A stretch of 63,792 nucleotides of DNA, the filler included, from Octopus bimaculoides (lineage: Eukaryota): the NCBI RefSeq assembly GCF_001194135.2. It is 7 parts of 6 records of this genome, joined end to end, with 100 filler letters (N's around TTAATTAATTAA, not from the genome) between each part and the next. Parts side by side here need not be neighbours in the genome. Positions count along the whole stretch, not along the records: positions 11,916 to 40,104 come from NC_069006.1; 6 more parts are not named here. One strand, 5' to 3'. Shown here piece after piece: positions 13,759 through 27,116 of this stretch (position 1 is its first letter; each line of letters begins with the position of its first letter). The notes under the pieces were generated by a model. That model was not told the origin of the DNA and did no database searches. It saw only the letters and a program-made list of their open reading frames with translations. The translations under genes and the position numbers were made by a program.

Positions 13759-14001
13759 GGTAATCTTCAAGTTTAGGGGGATAAAAAAAATTAAAAATAA
13801 TATTCAAGGGAAATAACTGAACGACTTACCAGTATTATCCGTTTTCTTCTAGCTGTTTATAAATAAATCACACCCTAACCCTAACGTCAATCAAATCACG
13901 TGTGTGATTTATTTATAAACAGCGGAGAATACTGGTAAGACGTTCAGTTACTTCCCTTGAATATTTTTTTTTTTTTTATCCCCCTAAACTTGAAGATTAC
14001 C
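13759..14001. mobile_element. Palindromic MITE (Merlin- or Mutator-like) inserted in a family B SINE
   Basis: About 110-bp inverted arms starting GGTAATCTTCAAG and ending CTTGAAGATTACC. Exact 8-bp TSD CTTATTTT. Removing it restores the SINE. Confidence 0.85.
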
Positions 14002-14263
14002 CTTATTTTATCAACGTAAGGACGGACATATCGAAATTTTGCCGGACAGACGAAATGTCGTTATGCATTTTGCCCGGGATGCTAGCGATTCTGCTAGCTC
14101 ACCGCCTCTGTTATACAAAATATTACAAGAGATTAATGGAAAACGGATGAATAAAATCAAAAACAAAACCTCTAAACGCATCATAATGTTGTTTTCTCAT
14201 CCTTTGGTGAAGACTTCCATTTATATGTTTCTTCCTGTTGTTCGGTAGATCTGCGAAAGATTT

Positions 14264-14948
14264 ATCGCAAAAGTCACAGTAATATCTTTTCCCCATGATT
14301 ACCAGATAGTTAGAAACAACAACGATGTTTCGTTAAATAAAAATAATTTATTTAAAACATTGAGACGAAGGATGAAAACATCAATCAACCACGATGCTTA
14401 TATTTTGTATCTCCCTCAGTAGAGAGCCCACTGTTTCGTTTTTCGCCAATTTTGTATTTGTCACTGATTCATCGCAAAAGTCATGGTAATATCTTTTCCC
14501 CATGATTACCGGATAGTTAGAAACAACAACGATGTTTCGTTAAATAAAAATAATTTATTTAAAACATTGAGACGAAGGATGAAAATNNNNNNNNNNNNNN
14601 NNNNNNNNNNNNNNNNNNNNNNNNNNNNNNNNNNNNNNNNNNNNNNNNNNNNNNNNNNNNNNNNNNNNNNNNNNNNNNNNNNNNNCTCAGTAGAGAGCCC
14701 ACTGTTTCGTTTTTCGCCAATTTTGTATTTGTCACTGATTCATCGCAAAAGTCATGGTAATATCTTTTCCCCATGATTACCGGATAGTTAGAAACAACAA
14801 CGATGTTTCGTTAAATAAAAATAATTTATTTAAAACATTGAGACGAAGGATGAAAATAACAATTAACCACGATGCTTATATTTTGTATCTCCTTCAGTAG
14901 AGAGCCCACTGTTTCGTTTTTCGCCAATTTTGTATTTGTCACTGATTC
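14264..14948. repeat. 207-bp tandem repeat, at least 3 units, with an internal N gap
   Basis: Units begin ATCGCAAAAGTCA at 14264, 14471 and 14742 and end GTCACTGATTC. Confidence 0.9.
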
Positions 14949-15859
14949 GCTAATGAGGTTTCATGACGATGGTCTCTGTGTGGTTGCCTCTTAATTAAAG
15001 TAATGTTGTCATTGATATTCATTGCAGTGAACATTTGAACATCAACTTAACTGTAGTATTTCATTGGAATGGCATCTCGGAATAATTAACCTTAGTAATT
15101 AAATATTTTTTTAACATAATAAACAACATGAATCACAGTGAGCTAATTAAGAGCCCGCTAGAAACAGCAGCCAACTCATATCTTACAGTATTAAAAAGGT
15201 AGTCCCAGATAACATTGAGGGAAAAAGACTTTTACTTCAAATTAACAGACATTTTTGTTGCAAAGAATTTCGCTTAACCCTTTCAACCTGCGAGCATGCT
15301 TTGCGGGCGCAATTTCATCTGATTATAGCCATAGAAGTTGGAAAAGTGGGCGACTACATGGTGGGGCGGTTATTGTGGATGTCTCGAACATACATCAACA
15401 ATCAGACATCGTGATGAATTCAGAAGAATTTAGAATGCCCTTGGGTAGCTCCTGCCATTTCTGCATGGGGAAAAGCATCTCTGATGTTAAATTTCATCTT
15501 TATTATCTTCACAAATGGTATACATTTTAAACCACATATACTCCTGTATTATTTATTTAAAATTACTCATGTATTGAGTTTTATTCTCTTACACGATATA
15601 ATTACTCAGTTTCAACCCACGAATTTAGAGCAAGACTATTATCAAACAAATACATCTGGGATAATAATTATCATTTTTAAAACGTTAACATGTTTGGTTT
15701 CCAATAATTTTTTCACATCCGTATGAGTTTTTTCCCTTAGTATTACTAAACCTCTTCTCTTCGTTCCCTTTTTCCTCTTATTTATTGAATTTACAACTTA
15801 TTTTAATATTCTCTTTGATTTTAACAACCATTTAAAATAAAATATATCGCATACAGGTT

Positions 15860-16215
15860 ATACTTATGGGGGTTCAGTCCATTATCACTGAAGATTTGGG
15901 TATGAGATGCATGGCTGCCAAGTTTGTGTCGAAACTGCTTTCAGTTGACCAAAAAGACATCTTGATTGTGTCGAGAACGATGAAAACTTTTTGAAAACTC
16001 TGCATAGGTCTCTGAGCAGGTATCACCAAGCTTTTGGCAAAATTTGATGCAGATTCTCTGCTCAACTTTCTCTGTCGTGGTTAATGCAATGATCACATGC
16101 TACACACCTTCCTTCTAAGCACTGCTGTAAACAGCAGAAGTGAGCTAGGATGTTAAAACTCAGTGTGCATGCACAGCAGAATTCAAAGTCAATCTGTGCC
16201 AAGTGGCTTCACTTT
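15860..16215. mobile_element. Rearranged mariner transposase remnant
   Basis: The plus strand gives SIITEDLGMRCMAAKFVSKLLSVDQK and CVENDENFLKT. The minus strand gives TEKVEQRICIKFCQKLGDTCSETYA (mariner N-terminus). Confidence 0.8.
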
Positions 16216-17614
16216 CCATGCTTTAGCTTTGTTACTATAGCAACAGTCTGGATACTTATTGATCAGACTACGTACCAAAGTTCCAATTACATCCTCTTAA
16301 TAACTACAACTACAAAAAAAACAATCAAAATAAATACATATAAAGTAAATAAAAAACAACAAATTTATTTTTCAGTTTTACTTTTTATTCCATATTGTGT
16401 TTTGTTTTTTTTACTTTTCCAAAAGTTTCTTAGATACAATACTTTGTTTCTTCTGCAAACTTCTTTCTCCAGCCATTTCTTTGATGTTTCAAATGGAAGG
16501 AGTCGAAGAATAAATAAGTCACAGAAAGAAACTTGCTATTTAACAGTTCTCATCTCAAACAAATTTGGCATCATTCGTCATCACCATCTTCCTGTGTTTC
16601 CATATATTTATATTTGATTTGGTGCCATAATTTCTGAAATATAACCAAGTTGATATTAAAATGACACTTAAATGATTTAATAAAAAAAAGGTTTTGTCAG
16701 TGTTTTCCCCCCTTTTCTAAAATGGTGTATCAGACATCTGAAGTCCTTTGAAAAACTTGATTTTAATTTGGGATTAGTGGCAGTTCAGAAAACATGTTTA
16801 TGGGGTTTAACAAGAATTATCCAGGAAGTCCTCAATACAACGTAAAAAAAAAGATATGAAGAATAAAGGAAGGAATTTCAACCATGTTTCGTGGTCTGCT
16901 ACCACAACAGCTCCTTTATAGGATCCAGTTAGCTCAAGACATCATCAGGAGGAACCACGTCCGGTTTCGTCCCCTACTCCTCTACCGTTTTGACGTGCCC
17001 CCCCCCCCTTTCGGAGGTGTCTTCAGCTCTGGTGTTGGGTGCATGTCTTCTTTCTTCTATTCCCTGGCCTCTTCGATGCAGCATCAACGAGTGTCAGCGT
17101 CCGAGACAGTCTAAAATGTTTCTTATTCTAACCAAAGGGTTTCATTGGAAGCAAAATTAAACTGAGTACAATTCCATAAAACAACAGATGAAAATAATAA
17201 TTATAGTAATAGAAATAAACCTCATTATAATGAAAATTATATCGATAACATACAAAGAACTTGCTGGGTAATTAGAGCTAATTGTCTTGTGAAGGGGAAG
17301 AAAGCAACACCTGACTTCTCAGTCTACATGTCAACTATAATAGAACCTGTGCAAGGTTTTTCTAAATACATCAAAGTTGCAACTTGAAGTTTAGAAAAAT
17401 AGGAAGTTGTCATGTTGATACCATGCCCAAAAGTATCAGCAATATCAGTGAAGTAAGGTCGCTTGCACCAAGGGGCCAAAACAGTGACCCATTCAAATGA
17501 TAGGCCTGAACATCTGTTTGTCATAAAGACACACTGACGACGATCAGAATGACTTTGGCGAGGCCTCAGGTGGCGATGCCAAAGGGCATTGACATTATCA
17601 TGGAATGTGGTGGG

Positions 17615-17689
<75 letters not shown>

Positions 17690-18019
17690 NNNNNNNNNNN
17701 NNNNNNNNNNNNNNNNNNNNNNNNNNNNNNNNNNNNNNNNNNNNNNNNNNNNNNNNNNNNNNNNNNNNNNNNNNNNNNNNNNNNNNNNNNNNNNNNNNNN
17801 NNNNNNNNNNNNNNNNNNNNNNNNNNNNNNNNNNNNNNNNNNNNNNNNNNNNNNNNNNNNNNNNNNNNNNNNNNNNNNNNNNNNNNNNNNNNNNNNNNNN
17901 NNNNNACCCATCTTCTGATTGGAAATCGCTTCAATATACCACGACGTCTAAAAAACTTTTAAACTTTTCCACTTTTGTAAACCTCCTTTATCATCCTTTT
18001 TTACCTTACTTTCCTTCAC

Positions 18020-18200
18020 CTACCGTCTCTTCGTACTCTGGTCTCCTTGTCTCCGTATTCTTTCTGTTGAAGAGCGTAGCTCGAAACGTCAAAGACTTTC
18101 CGTATTCCCGAGCGTCATACTAATATATACTTTTGTTATTTACACCACCTGTCCTCGTCTGTTGTTATTATTTGTATATTCTCCCATATATATATATTAT
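18020..18200 (+). mobile_element. Penelope-like terminal repeat with a minimal hammerhead-like fold
   Basis: CTGTTGAAGAGCGTAGCTCGAAACGTCAAAGAC core, followed by a shared ...TACACCACCTGTCCTCGTCTGTTG tail. Second copy at 58520-58715. Confidence 0.6.
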
Positions 18201-19234
18201 AAGTGTGTATGTGATGTAGATATACACAGATCCCAAAACAATATTTGAAACAATTAAACATTTAATTTTCTATTAAATTCCTATAATATTTTTTATAAAT
18301 CTAGACACCTTATTCCAAAGTAATACAATAAAGCCAATTTCATTACCGACGTTAAGTTTTTACAACGAATATAGGTTCTTTCTAGAAAATAATGAAAAAT
18401 AGTTTTCTTTCAAAGAACATTTTTTTATTAAAAAGATTACCATCGAAATAAGACAGGGCTACTAATAAGTATTTCTGAAATAATATCTTCTTGTTAGTAT
18501 ATTTAATATTTGTTAGACTTAATCTAACCACGTTTTGGTCAAATAGAATTTAGAAATGTTTATTTCATTTCAAGATTAAAACCAATTTTGACCTTGACTA
18601 AAATATTGGGGTAAATATTGACACTTGAAGTTCATTAATTAAAAGTAAAAGACTTCACAGTGAATTAAAAATCCTTAGTTATACATTATTGATGTTATAT
18701 GAAATATGAACACTGAATAAAAATTTAATGAAATATATCAGGGAAGATATTGACATAATTAAAAATCTTTGGTACTTACTCCATTATTCATCCGAGCAAA
18801 GACATAATCACCACCTTCGTCAACGATCCGTTCAAATAAAAAGGCACCACATATAACCGTCAATGCAAATGTCGATGTTCGTCGAAACAAGGCGTTATAT
18901 ATTTGGTTCACTAACGACATTTTTTAGCAGGAGTGTAAGAGAAGAGCAGAAGAGGATCGGAGTTTGAATGGAAAGAAGGTCAGAGAAAAATTGCTGTCCG
19001 ATGGGAAGTCGAGGACCGAAGGTGGGTTATACAAAAACGAGGAATGGTAGAACGAAACGAAACGAAACGAAGAACTATAGCGTGTGTGTTTGTGTCGTAT
19101 GTATATATGTGTATGCTCACGCGCATGTGCGTGCGTGCGTGTGTATGTGTGTGTGATAGAGCAACCAGAAAAAAAAAACACTTCAATACCTAAAAAAATT
19201 TCTTTTTATGTATATACCCAGGCCTATTCCCCAT

Positions 19235-19600
19235 TTTTTTTTTTTGGAGCGGTTAGCCACAACAAGACACACACCAGACATTCCATTCATTTCCCAGCTC
19301 AACGCAACCCCCGATTTCAACAGCGGGGACCGATAACATATGCTGGTTTACCCCCGCGCACATCATGCTGGTTCCGTACCCCTTTGAGCAACATCAATTC
19401 ACTCATCCGTCCACAAACACTCCAAGCTTTCCTATCGTTTATAAACCCACTCCAACACTTCTAACCACCAAAGCTTTCCTCACTCTATCCATTCATACGA
19501 ACCGAGGTCTACCTCTGGTTCTACTGCCTACCACTTCTGCCTTCATCACCCTCCTAACCATCCGCTCCCTTGCATGACTCTAATGTACACCCGGTAGGGT
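19235..19600 (-). mobile_element. RTE LINE 3' end with A-rich tail
   Basis: Minus frame reads ERMVRRVMKAEVVGSRTRGRPRFV*MDRVRKAL, the RTE C-terminal GxRxRGRPRxxW motif. Followed by a UTR and an oligo(A) run. Confidence 0.7.
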
Positions 19601-19910
19601 CCCAAATGAGGTGTAAATGTGGTTATTAATGTATGGCAAGGAGGTAAACCATAGTCAAACAGTTATTAATGTTACCAAGTGTGTATGTTCAAATGTTAGT
19701 AAATGATTACTAAGAATGTGTTAAGGTGGTTATTTATGTGAGGTAGTGGCTGCAATAATAATTTTAGATGTTATAGTTATTATTATGGTTAGTAGTATAG
19801 TTAAGTAAAAGTTTGGAAGGAAGGATATATATATATCACAGCTTCTTAAATACTATCCTTGTGAATAAAAAGTTTAGAATGGTACAACAATGCACTATAG
19901 AACAAAAAAT

Positions 19911-20285
19911 GGAGTGGCTGTGTAGTAAGTAGATTGTTTACCAACCACATGGTTCCGGGTTCATTCCCACTGCGTGGCACCTTGGGCAAGTGTCTTCTAC
20001 TATAGCCTCGGGCCGACCAAAGCCTTGTGAGATTTGGTAGACGGAAACTGAAAGAAGCCTGTCGTATATATGTATGTCTGTGTATGTGTGTCTGTGTTTG
20101 TCCCCCCAACATCGCTTGACAACCGATGGTGGTGTGTTTACGTCCTCGTAACTTAGCGGTTCGGCAAAAGAGACCGATAGAATAAGTACTAGGCATCCAA
20201 AGAATAAGTCCTGGGGTCGGTTTACTCGACTAAAGGCGGTGCTCCAGTATGGCCACACTCAAATGACTGAAGCAAGTAAAAGAGT
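19911..20285 (+). mobile_element. SINE family A, long form
   Basis: Near-identical head to 57-240, plus an extended body ending ...GACTGAAGCAAGTAAAAGAGTAAAA. Confidence 0.85.
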
Positions 20286-20479
20286 AAAAAGAGTAAGAGT
20301 ATATACCTGTTGTAATTTGGTTATCTATAGTCCGATGATATTTCGGAATTACAATTCCTTCTTCAGATCTTCTTAGCTGGAGTCTCTGCTATAGACTGTT
20401 TTCCAATGGTTTTCTTTTTTTCGGAAGCGACTCAGTAGTGGTGTCCTTGTGTTAAACAGTATCCTAACTGATTAGATAT

Positions 20480-22515
20480 TTTGATAGTTTCCAAGATAAC
20501 CCCCTCCTTTTTTATTTTCAATAGTTTTATATCCCACACTCGATTCTATTTGAATAACTGGACTCACTGTAGGGCCAGCATCAGGTAGACCCCCTCCTTA
20601 TCCGGTGCATTTTCTATATTCAGTGACCTCTTAAAATAGCACTTCCATACCACTTACTTGTCTTCCACAGCAATAGCAAGTGTGCCTTCGTCATTTTGGA
20701 TACACTTCTCGTCTGCTCCAATGACATCTTGGTTCTCTTTTAAAACACAGTTTCACAGTCCTGAACATCTTACAATGAAGGACATATACAAATCTCTTCC
20801 TTTCTGCTTCACCTTTAGACAAATATACCTGTCACCTATTTGCCTTTGTAGCTATTCAATAACATTCCCTACTACCATCTCTCCTGCATGTTTTCTAAGC
20901 ATGTCTTTTGTCACCCAATCAACCATGTCAACACCTTCAGTTTGGCTGAGTCTTTGCCTCTATCAGATATCTGACCTGTAGCCCTTAGCAAGTTATTTCA
21001 CAGACATTCCCAATTGTCATCAATGCAATCATCATCATCATCATTTAACGTCCGCTTTCCATGCTAGCATGGGTTGGACGATTTGACTGAGGACTGGTGA
21101 ACCAGATGGCTGCACCAGGCTCCAATCTGATCTGGCAGAGTTTCTGCCCTTCCTAACGCCAACCACTCTGAGAGTGTAGTGGGTGCTTTTACGTTCCACT
21201 GGCACGAAGGCCAGTCAGGCTGTACTGGCAACGGCCACACTCAAATGGTGTTTTTTACATGCCACCTGCACAGGAGCCAGTCCAGCAGCACTGGCAACGA
21301 CCTCACTCAAATGTTTTTTCACGTGCCACCAGCACAAGTGCCAGCTAGGCCCCGCTGGTAACGATCACACTCAAATGGTACTATTTATGTGCCACCGGCA
21401 CAGAAGCCAGACGGCTGCTCTGGCAATGATCACGCTCAGATGGTGCTGTTAGTGCTCCACTGGCATAGGTGCCAGTCATCGAATTTAGTTCAATTACGAA
21501 TTCGATTTCACTTGCCCCAACAGGTCTTTGCAAGCAGAGTTTAGTGTCCAATGAAGGAAAGGTTGGCATGGGTGCCAGTCATCAAATTTGGTTCGATTTC
21601 ACTTGCCTCAACAGGTCGTCACAAGCAGAGTTTAGTGTCCAATGAAGGAAAGGTACACATTAGTGGGCTGGCTACACCCCTGGCAAAGGCCACGGGTTAT
21701 GGTCTCAATTGGCTTAGTTGTCTAAATTCTCTTTCCTACTGTAATACTTGTCAATTAGAATTTCTCTAAACCTATTCCTAACTGCAGATTCTTTTCCATG
21801 TTTTCCTTCTCTATATCGTCTGTTTCTGTGTCTGCCAGGCTCTGACTCTGTGGTCTCAAGCCACTAATCTATGTTGAGTGCTGCTTGGAAAGGTTTTGGC
21901 ATTTGTAATAGTCCCTCTGTTCCATTTCCTGATGGAAATAAAATTCAACTAAAATGTGTTCACTGGATTGAAAGGTGATGAAATAGTTGGCTGGTTTCCT
22001 AAAATGTGTTTTGCAAATTGTTAGATCCATTGCATCACAGAATTCAGGAACCTTACACCCACCACATTTCTTGTACCATATTCATAGCCTCCCTCTGTGT
22101 CATGGAAGTCATCATCATGTTGACCTACGTGTCTGTTGAAGTCACCAGCCACAATAATGAAATTCCTGTAGTGTACAGGAGGATCTGAGAGAAACAGTCC
22201 TCTTGTTCTTCCCCTCAAACCTGCCTGGGGAGCACCTGCATGGATTAATGTTGCCTGTAACTAGTCTCATCTTAATTAACTTATCCCACGTCCTAAACTC
22301 CTCAGTTACTTTATCAATCCATTTCTCACCTAACAACATATCTAACCCACCATTCCCATCACTTTTAGTCACCCAGAAGAATTTATATTGTCTTTTCTTG
22401 TTTGTGAGAAGTTTGGCAGAAATCCTTTACCTCCAAACCTTGACTCACAACAAACATCCATTCATCTTTACTCCAGTCTCTCCACAATCTCACCAGACCT
22501 TCCTCTCATCATACT
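20480..22515 (-). mobile_element. Degraded RTE-clade LINE (AP endonuclease and linker), interrupted by a D repeat
   Basis: Endonuclease blocks LGEKWIDKV, FIIVAGDFNRHVG and GYEYGTRNVVGVRFL. Downstream linker blocks such as ENQDVIG...KCIQNDEGTLA. Many stops and frameshifts. Confidence 0.85.
21031..21720 (-). mobile_element. Repeat family D ((GAT)n tail, modular body) inserted in an RTE LINE
   Basis: Shared core AACGTCCGCTTTCCATGCTAGCATGGGTTGG...CCCTTCCTAACGCCAACCAC. Other copies at 28192, 32937, 46762, 53220, 55920 and 62667. Confidence 0.8.
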
Positions 22516-24376
22516 GACATCAATGATTGCAATCCCAAAGTTTTGAAATCGAGAGGAAGAGGGGTGGGGGGAATTTTCAGTGTTGTTTGTTTGTTTCTTT
22601 GTGGCTGTTTGATGACTTTTGTTCCTGTGAGGAATGAGGAATATTAAGCCATGGCTTGCTGGCAGTTTGAGGATTCACACATGATTATGTTTGTCTTTTC
22701 ATTTAATTTGCCATCGTTCATTGATTCTCTGTCACTTGCCAACACATCCTACTATAAATTCCATTTACAACTTTTATCAATAAATTTTATTAATGATATT
22801 ATTATTATTATTATTATTACTGCTATATGCACATAATGACTGCCTCGTATTCAGCCAGATTGTTCTGATGTATTTTTATCCTTGCATATAACTTTTCACA
22901 CCCACACACATCCATTGCCATAATACTTTATAAAATACAAAAAGGATCAGAAATTGAGATGATAGAGAACCATCTGTATATCATTGGATTTAAGTGACAA
23001 AAACTTGTACAACACTTTCGCCACACTCTTGGTTGCCATACAAGGTTCCAGTGAGAAATTTTGCAAGTTGACTGCCGCTATTTTAACCACAAGTTTTATG
23101 TCAGAGTATCTTTCTTCACGAAGAGCTGCCTTCCTCCTGGTCATGTCAAAAATAGCAGAAGCCTCCTCCACACACCTGTATGATCTCCGTCTTAGCAAAT
23201 TCTTATACATATTCAATATTTCTCCCAATTGGTGTAAATGTTTTGTGTTTAAGTATTTTTTCCAACAATACGGTACCCAGTTGAATCTCTCTGTTGTGTA
23301 TGCATACTGATATTGCACGTCCGGTGGAGCAGCAAGCTTCATTTCTTGCATGCTTATGCATATCCTCAGCAGTCACAATATTTAATCTGTTTGCACAATA
23401 TTTAATCTGTTAAGGTCATTGCAAATCCAATGCAACGATAACAAAATTAAAAAATGATGGTAGTAATGATGGTAATAAATATGGAAAAAAAAAGTAATAA
23501 AAAAAAAAAGAAATAATAAAAGAATAAACAGAATTTTTTTCAATTTCATTTAGTTAAAAAAATATTCAGAAAAAAAAAAAAAGAAAAGAACTCACCACCT
23601 GAATTTTTAAAAAATGGATTTTATAATACTTTGTCATTATATTTCTTGTTATATATTTGTTACTGTTTTATGTATCAGAAAAAAAATCATTCATTTTAAT
23701 TTGCTTTTTCTTCTCAACACATACACACATACATACAAGCGTACGCACACACACACACACACACAACCATTACATTTCTCCGGTCTTCAGCCAGTTTAAG
23801 GAATTATTATTTTGATTCGATTTGATTCTTTTGCCTGAAATATATTGCCTGTTTTTCAAAAATTCATATATATATATATAAACACACGCATACACACACA
23901 CACATTTATATATATCAATTCCAAACAGTTTTATTTGTTTATTTACATCTTTATCTCCACATCAGCTCATCTGGATTCCTCTTATAACCATTCTTTATCC
24001 TACAGACTTAGTCCCCGATAAAAATTTCGGAGTGTAAGTTCAATCGTTTGAGCACTGCTGCATGTTTTCTCCATTGAGCATCTCATCTGTTGACTATATA
24101 TAACATATAAACTCACACACTCACACAATACACACACACATATGTATGTATAAACACATCTTCATGCATACACACATACACACACACACATATATATATT
24201 ATATATTCGGTTAAAATGTCTTACGGTTAAGCTGGTTCCTATGTATTTCCTAGAAGAGAAGATTACATCCTTATCAACATCACCTATTCCTATGGAAGGT
24301 ATAATTTGTAATCTTCAAAACATATGTTGGAAATAAAAGAATTCATTTAACATATGCGTTTTACTCCATTTACTAA

Positions 24377-24412
<36 letters not shown>

Positions 24413-24756
24413 ACATTTACACTCAGACACACATATTTACACATATATATACACAAAATTTTATAATAATGAAAACCAACAAAACAAATAATTCAGTCCA
24501 GTAGAATTCAATTTGCAGCCAAAATCTTATTTGGAACACCAGTAAAAGAGTCTTGTCGCAATGAATTTCATTACAAGGAAACATTGGCCATCAATTTATG
24601 AAACATCAATAAGAACAAACACATATCACTTGTAAGCAGCTGTCATTTTTATGGCAACAGCTTTTTAAAAAAAGTTTCCTGTCATGACCATCCCTCCTTT
24701 TTTCAATTCCGATATAAACAACACCAATCAAAATTTGATACAATTTATCTTCTATC

Positions 24757-25145
24757 TTTCACTTGTTTCAGTCTCATTGGACTGTGGCCATGCTGGGGCA
24801 CTGCCTTAAAGACGTTTTAGTTGAACATACCCCAGTATTTATTGATTTTTTTAAAAGCCTGATACTTATTCTATCGGTCTCTTCTGCTAATCTGCTAAGT
24901 GACAGGGATGTAAACACACCAACACTGGTTGTCAAGTGGTGGTGGTGGAGGACAAACACAAAGACATACACACACATACATACATACAACAGGCTTCTGT
25001 TCAGTTTCCGTCTACCAAATCCATTCACAAGGCTTTGGTTAGACCAGGGCTGTAGTAGAAGACACTTGTCCAAGGTGCCATGCAGTGGAACTGAACCCAG
25101 AGCCATGTGGTTGGGAAGCAAGCTTCTAACCCACACAGCCACACC
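24757..25145 (-). mobile_element. SINE family A, long form
   Basis: Reverse complement of the 19911 copy, more diverged. Confidence 0.8.
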
Positions 25146-27077
25146 TGACAAAAAACAAATTTAATATGTATTATTGCAGCATGACAGGAATCAACATCAT
25201 AAAATCAATTTATGAAATATCACAATAGAAACCATTGTTGCCTTGCATAAGAATACAGAAAACGACAGGATTAAAGCAAAACTGGAGCAGAGTACAAAAG
25301 AATCTGTCATTGTACTATATCATTATCATCATTTAACATACACTTTTCCATGCTTGCATGGGTCAGACGGAATTTATTGAAGCAGGTTTTCTATGGCTAG
25401 ATGCCCTGCCTGTCACCAACAGTCACTTGTTTTCAAGCAAGGGAACATTCTCCCCACTTTTCCATGCTTGCATGGGTCAGACGGAATTTACTGAAGCAGA
25501 TTTTCTATGGCCGGATGCCCTCCCTGTCACCAACAGTCACTTGTTTTCAAGCAAGGGAACATTTTCCCCACCTCATGAGATATGTTTTTCAAAGAAGACT
25601 GGAAACAGCTTGTATGACAGTAATGCTTGTTTACTACAATAATGCCAAAGCAAAGATACACACACACACACAATAGGCTTCTGTTCAGTTTCTGTCTACT
25701 AAATCCATTGACAAGGCTTTGGTCAGTCCATGGCTGTAGTAGAAGACACTTGCCTAAGGTGCCATGTGGTGGGAATGAACCCAAGACTACATGTTTGGAC
25801 CACACAGTCACACCTGGGCCTGTACCTTTTGTTGATAAAAAAAAAAAATTAAAATATGAATAGTCAGAATATGTTGGATGGATTGATTGGAAATGGTCAG
25901 AGACCAACTAAGAAGTGATTCTTCAGAAATTTGATTTATTGTATTAGTTTCAAATTTTGGCACAAGGCCAGCAATTTCAAGGGAGGGGTAAATCAATGAA
26001 TTCGACCCTGGCAAGTTCAACTGGTACTTATTTTACTGATCTCAAAAGGTTGAAAGGTAAAGTCGACCTCAGTGGAATTTGAACCCAGATTGTAAAGACT
26101 GATGAAAGGCTGCTAAGCATTTTGTCCAACATTCTAATGATTCTGCCAGCTTGCTATCTTAGTTTTATTGATTATATTAAACTCTGATTTGTGTTGTTAT
26201 CTTATTTTGTCAGTCCAAGTTGTTGCAACATCAGCTGAAATTCTGCAGAGGTTGACTTTGCCTTTCCCCCTTTCAAGTTAAACTCTGAGGGTTAATGTAA
26301 TGGGACTTACTCCATCCCCTGAAAATAAAGGCCTTGTGCCAAAATCTGAAACCAATATCAGATGAGATTTGAAATTGATAAAAGACAACACGGTCATAGT
26401 TGAAATGGCTAACAATTCCAAAAGAAAAAAATTTCAAAAAGATGGAATGCTTACAGTTGGAAGTTGTGGAAAGAAAATGCAGTTTCCATTAAAATAAACA
26501 AGACAGGATGGCCACATTTGGAATATTTTCAGTCTTATTAGTGTTTGATAAATTGATGAATAAATTCCAATTTGCAGATGACTTTACCAATGAAAATTGC
26601 ATATTTTTAGTGCAAAGAACACAGCAACTTGAAGATTTGCTTTTGACAATGATGTTATAAGGAATTATATGACAAATTATACATTGTCAGTTTCATTATA
26701 ACAATATATAGCATGTATATATAAATATAAATATATATATATTACACATATATACATATTTATATATAATAACTATATATTACTTATACATACATGCATG
26801 CACATACATATAGGTAACACACAAACACACACATATTTGCTTATTTGGTGAAATTACGTGTGTGAGAATATTTGGGATGATGTGGGTTCGAGGTGGTTTC
26901 CTATATATATATTATATATATGTGTGTGTGTGTATACTGTACCATAAATATCGCCATCCGTTTAGAGAAAAATTTGTAGTTTAGAATCAGTAGTTCTTTG
27001 ACTGCTATTTCTAAATTTTCAGTATGTTGGAGAAGCAACTCAATGCTAATCCCTGTATATTTATGATTATATATACG

Positions 27078-27116
<39 letters not shown>

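Noticed and set aside
15274-15290. TTAACCCTTTCAACC piggyBac-like end
   Set aside because: No matching opposite terminus found nearby.
16870-16960. Minus-strand CTGATGA...GAAAC hammerhead candidate
   Set aside because: Helices I and II do not pair adequately. It may be a decayed Penelope-like end but is not supportable.
17324-17524. 66-aa ORF with a faint resemblance to a helicase C-terminal motif
   Set aside because: Motif spacing does not fit and there are no supporting neighbouring blocks.
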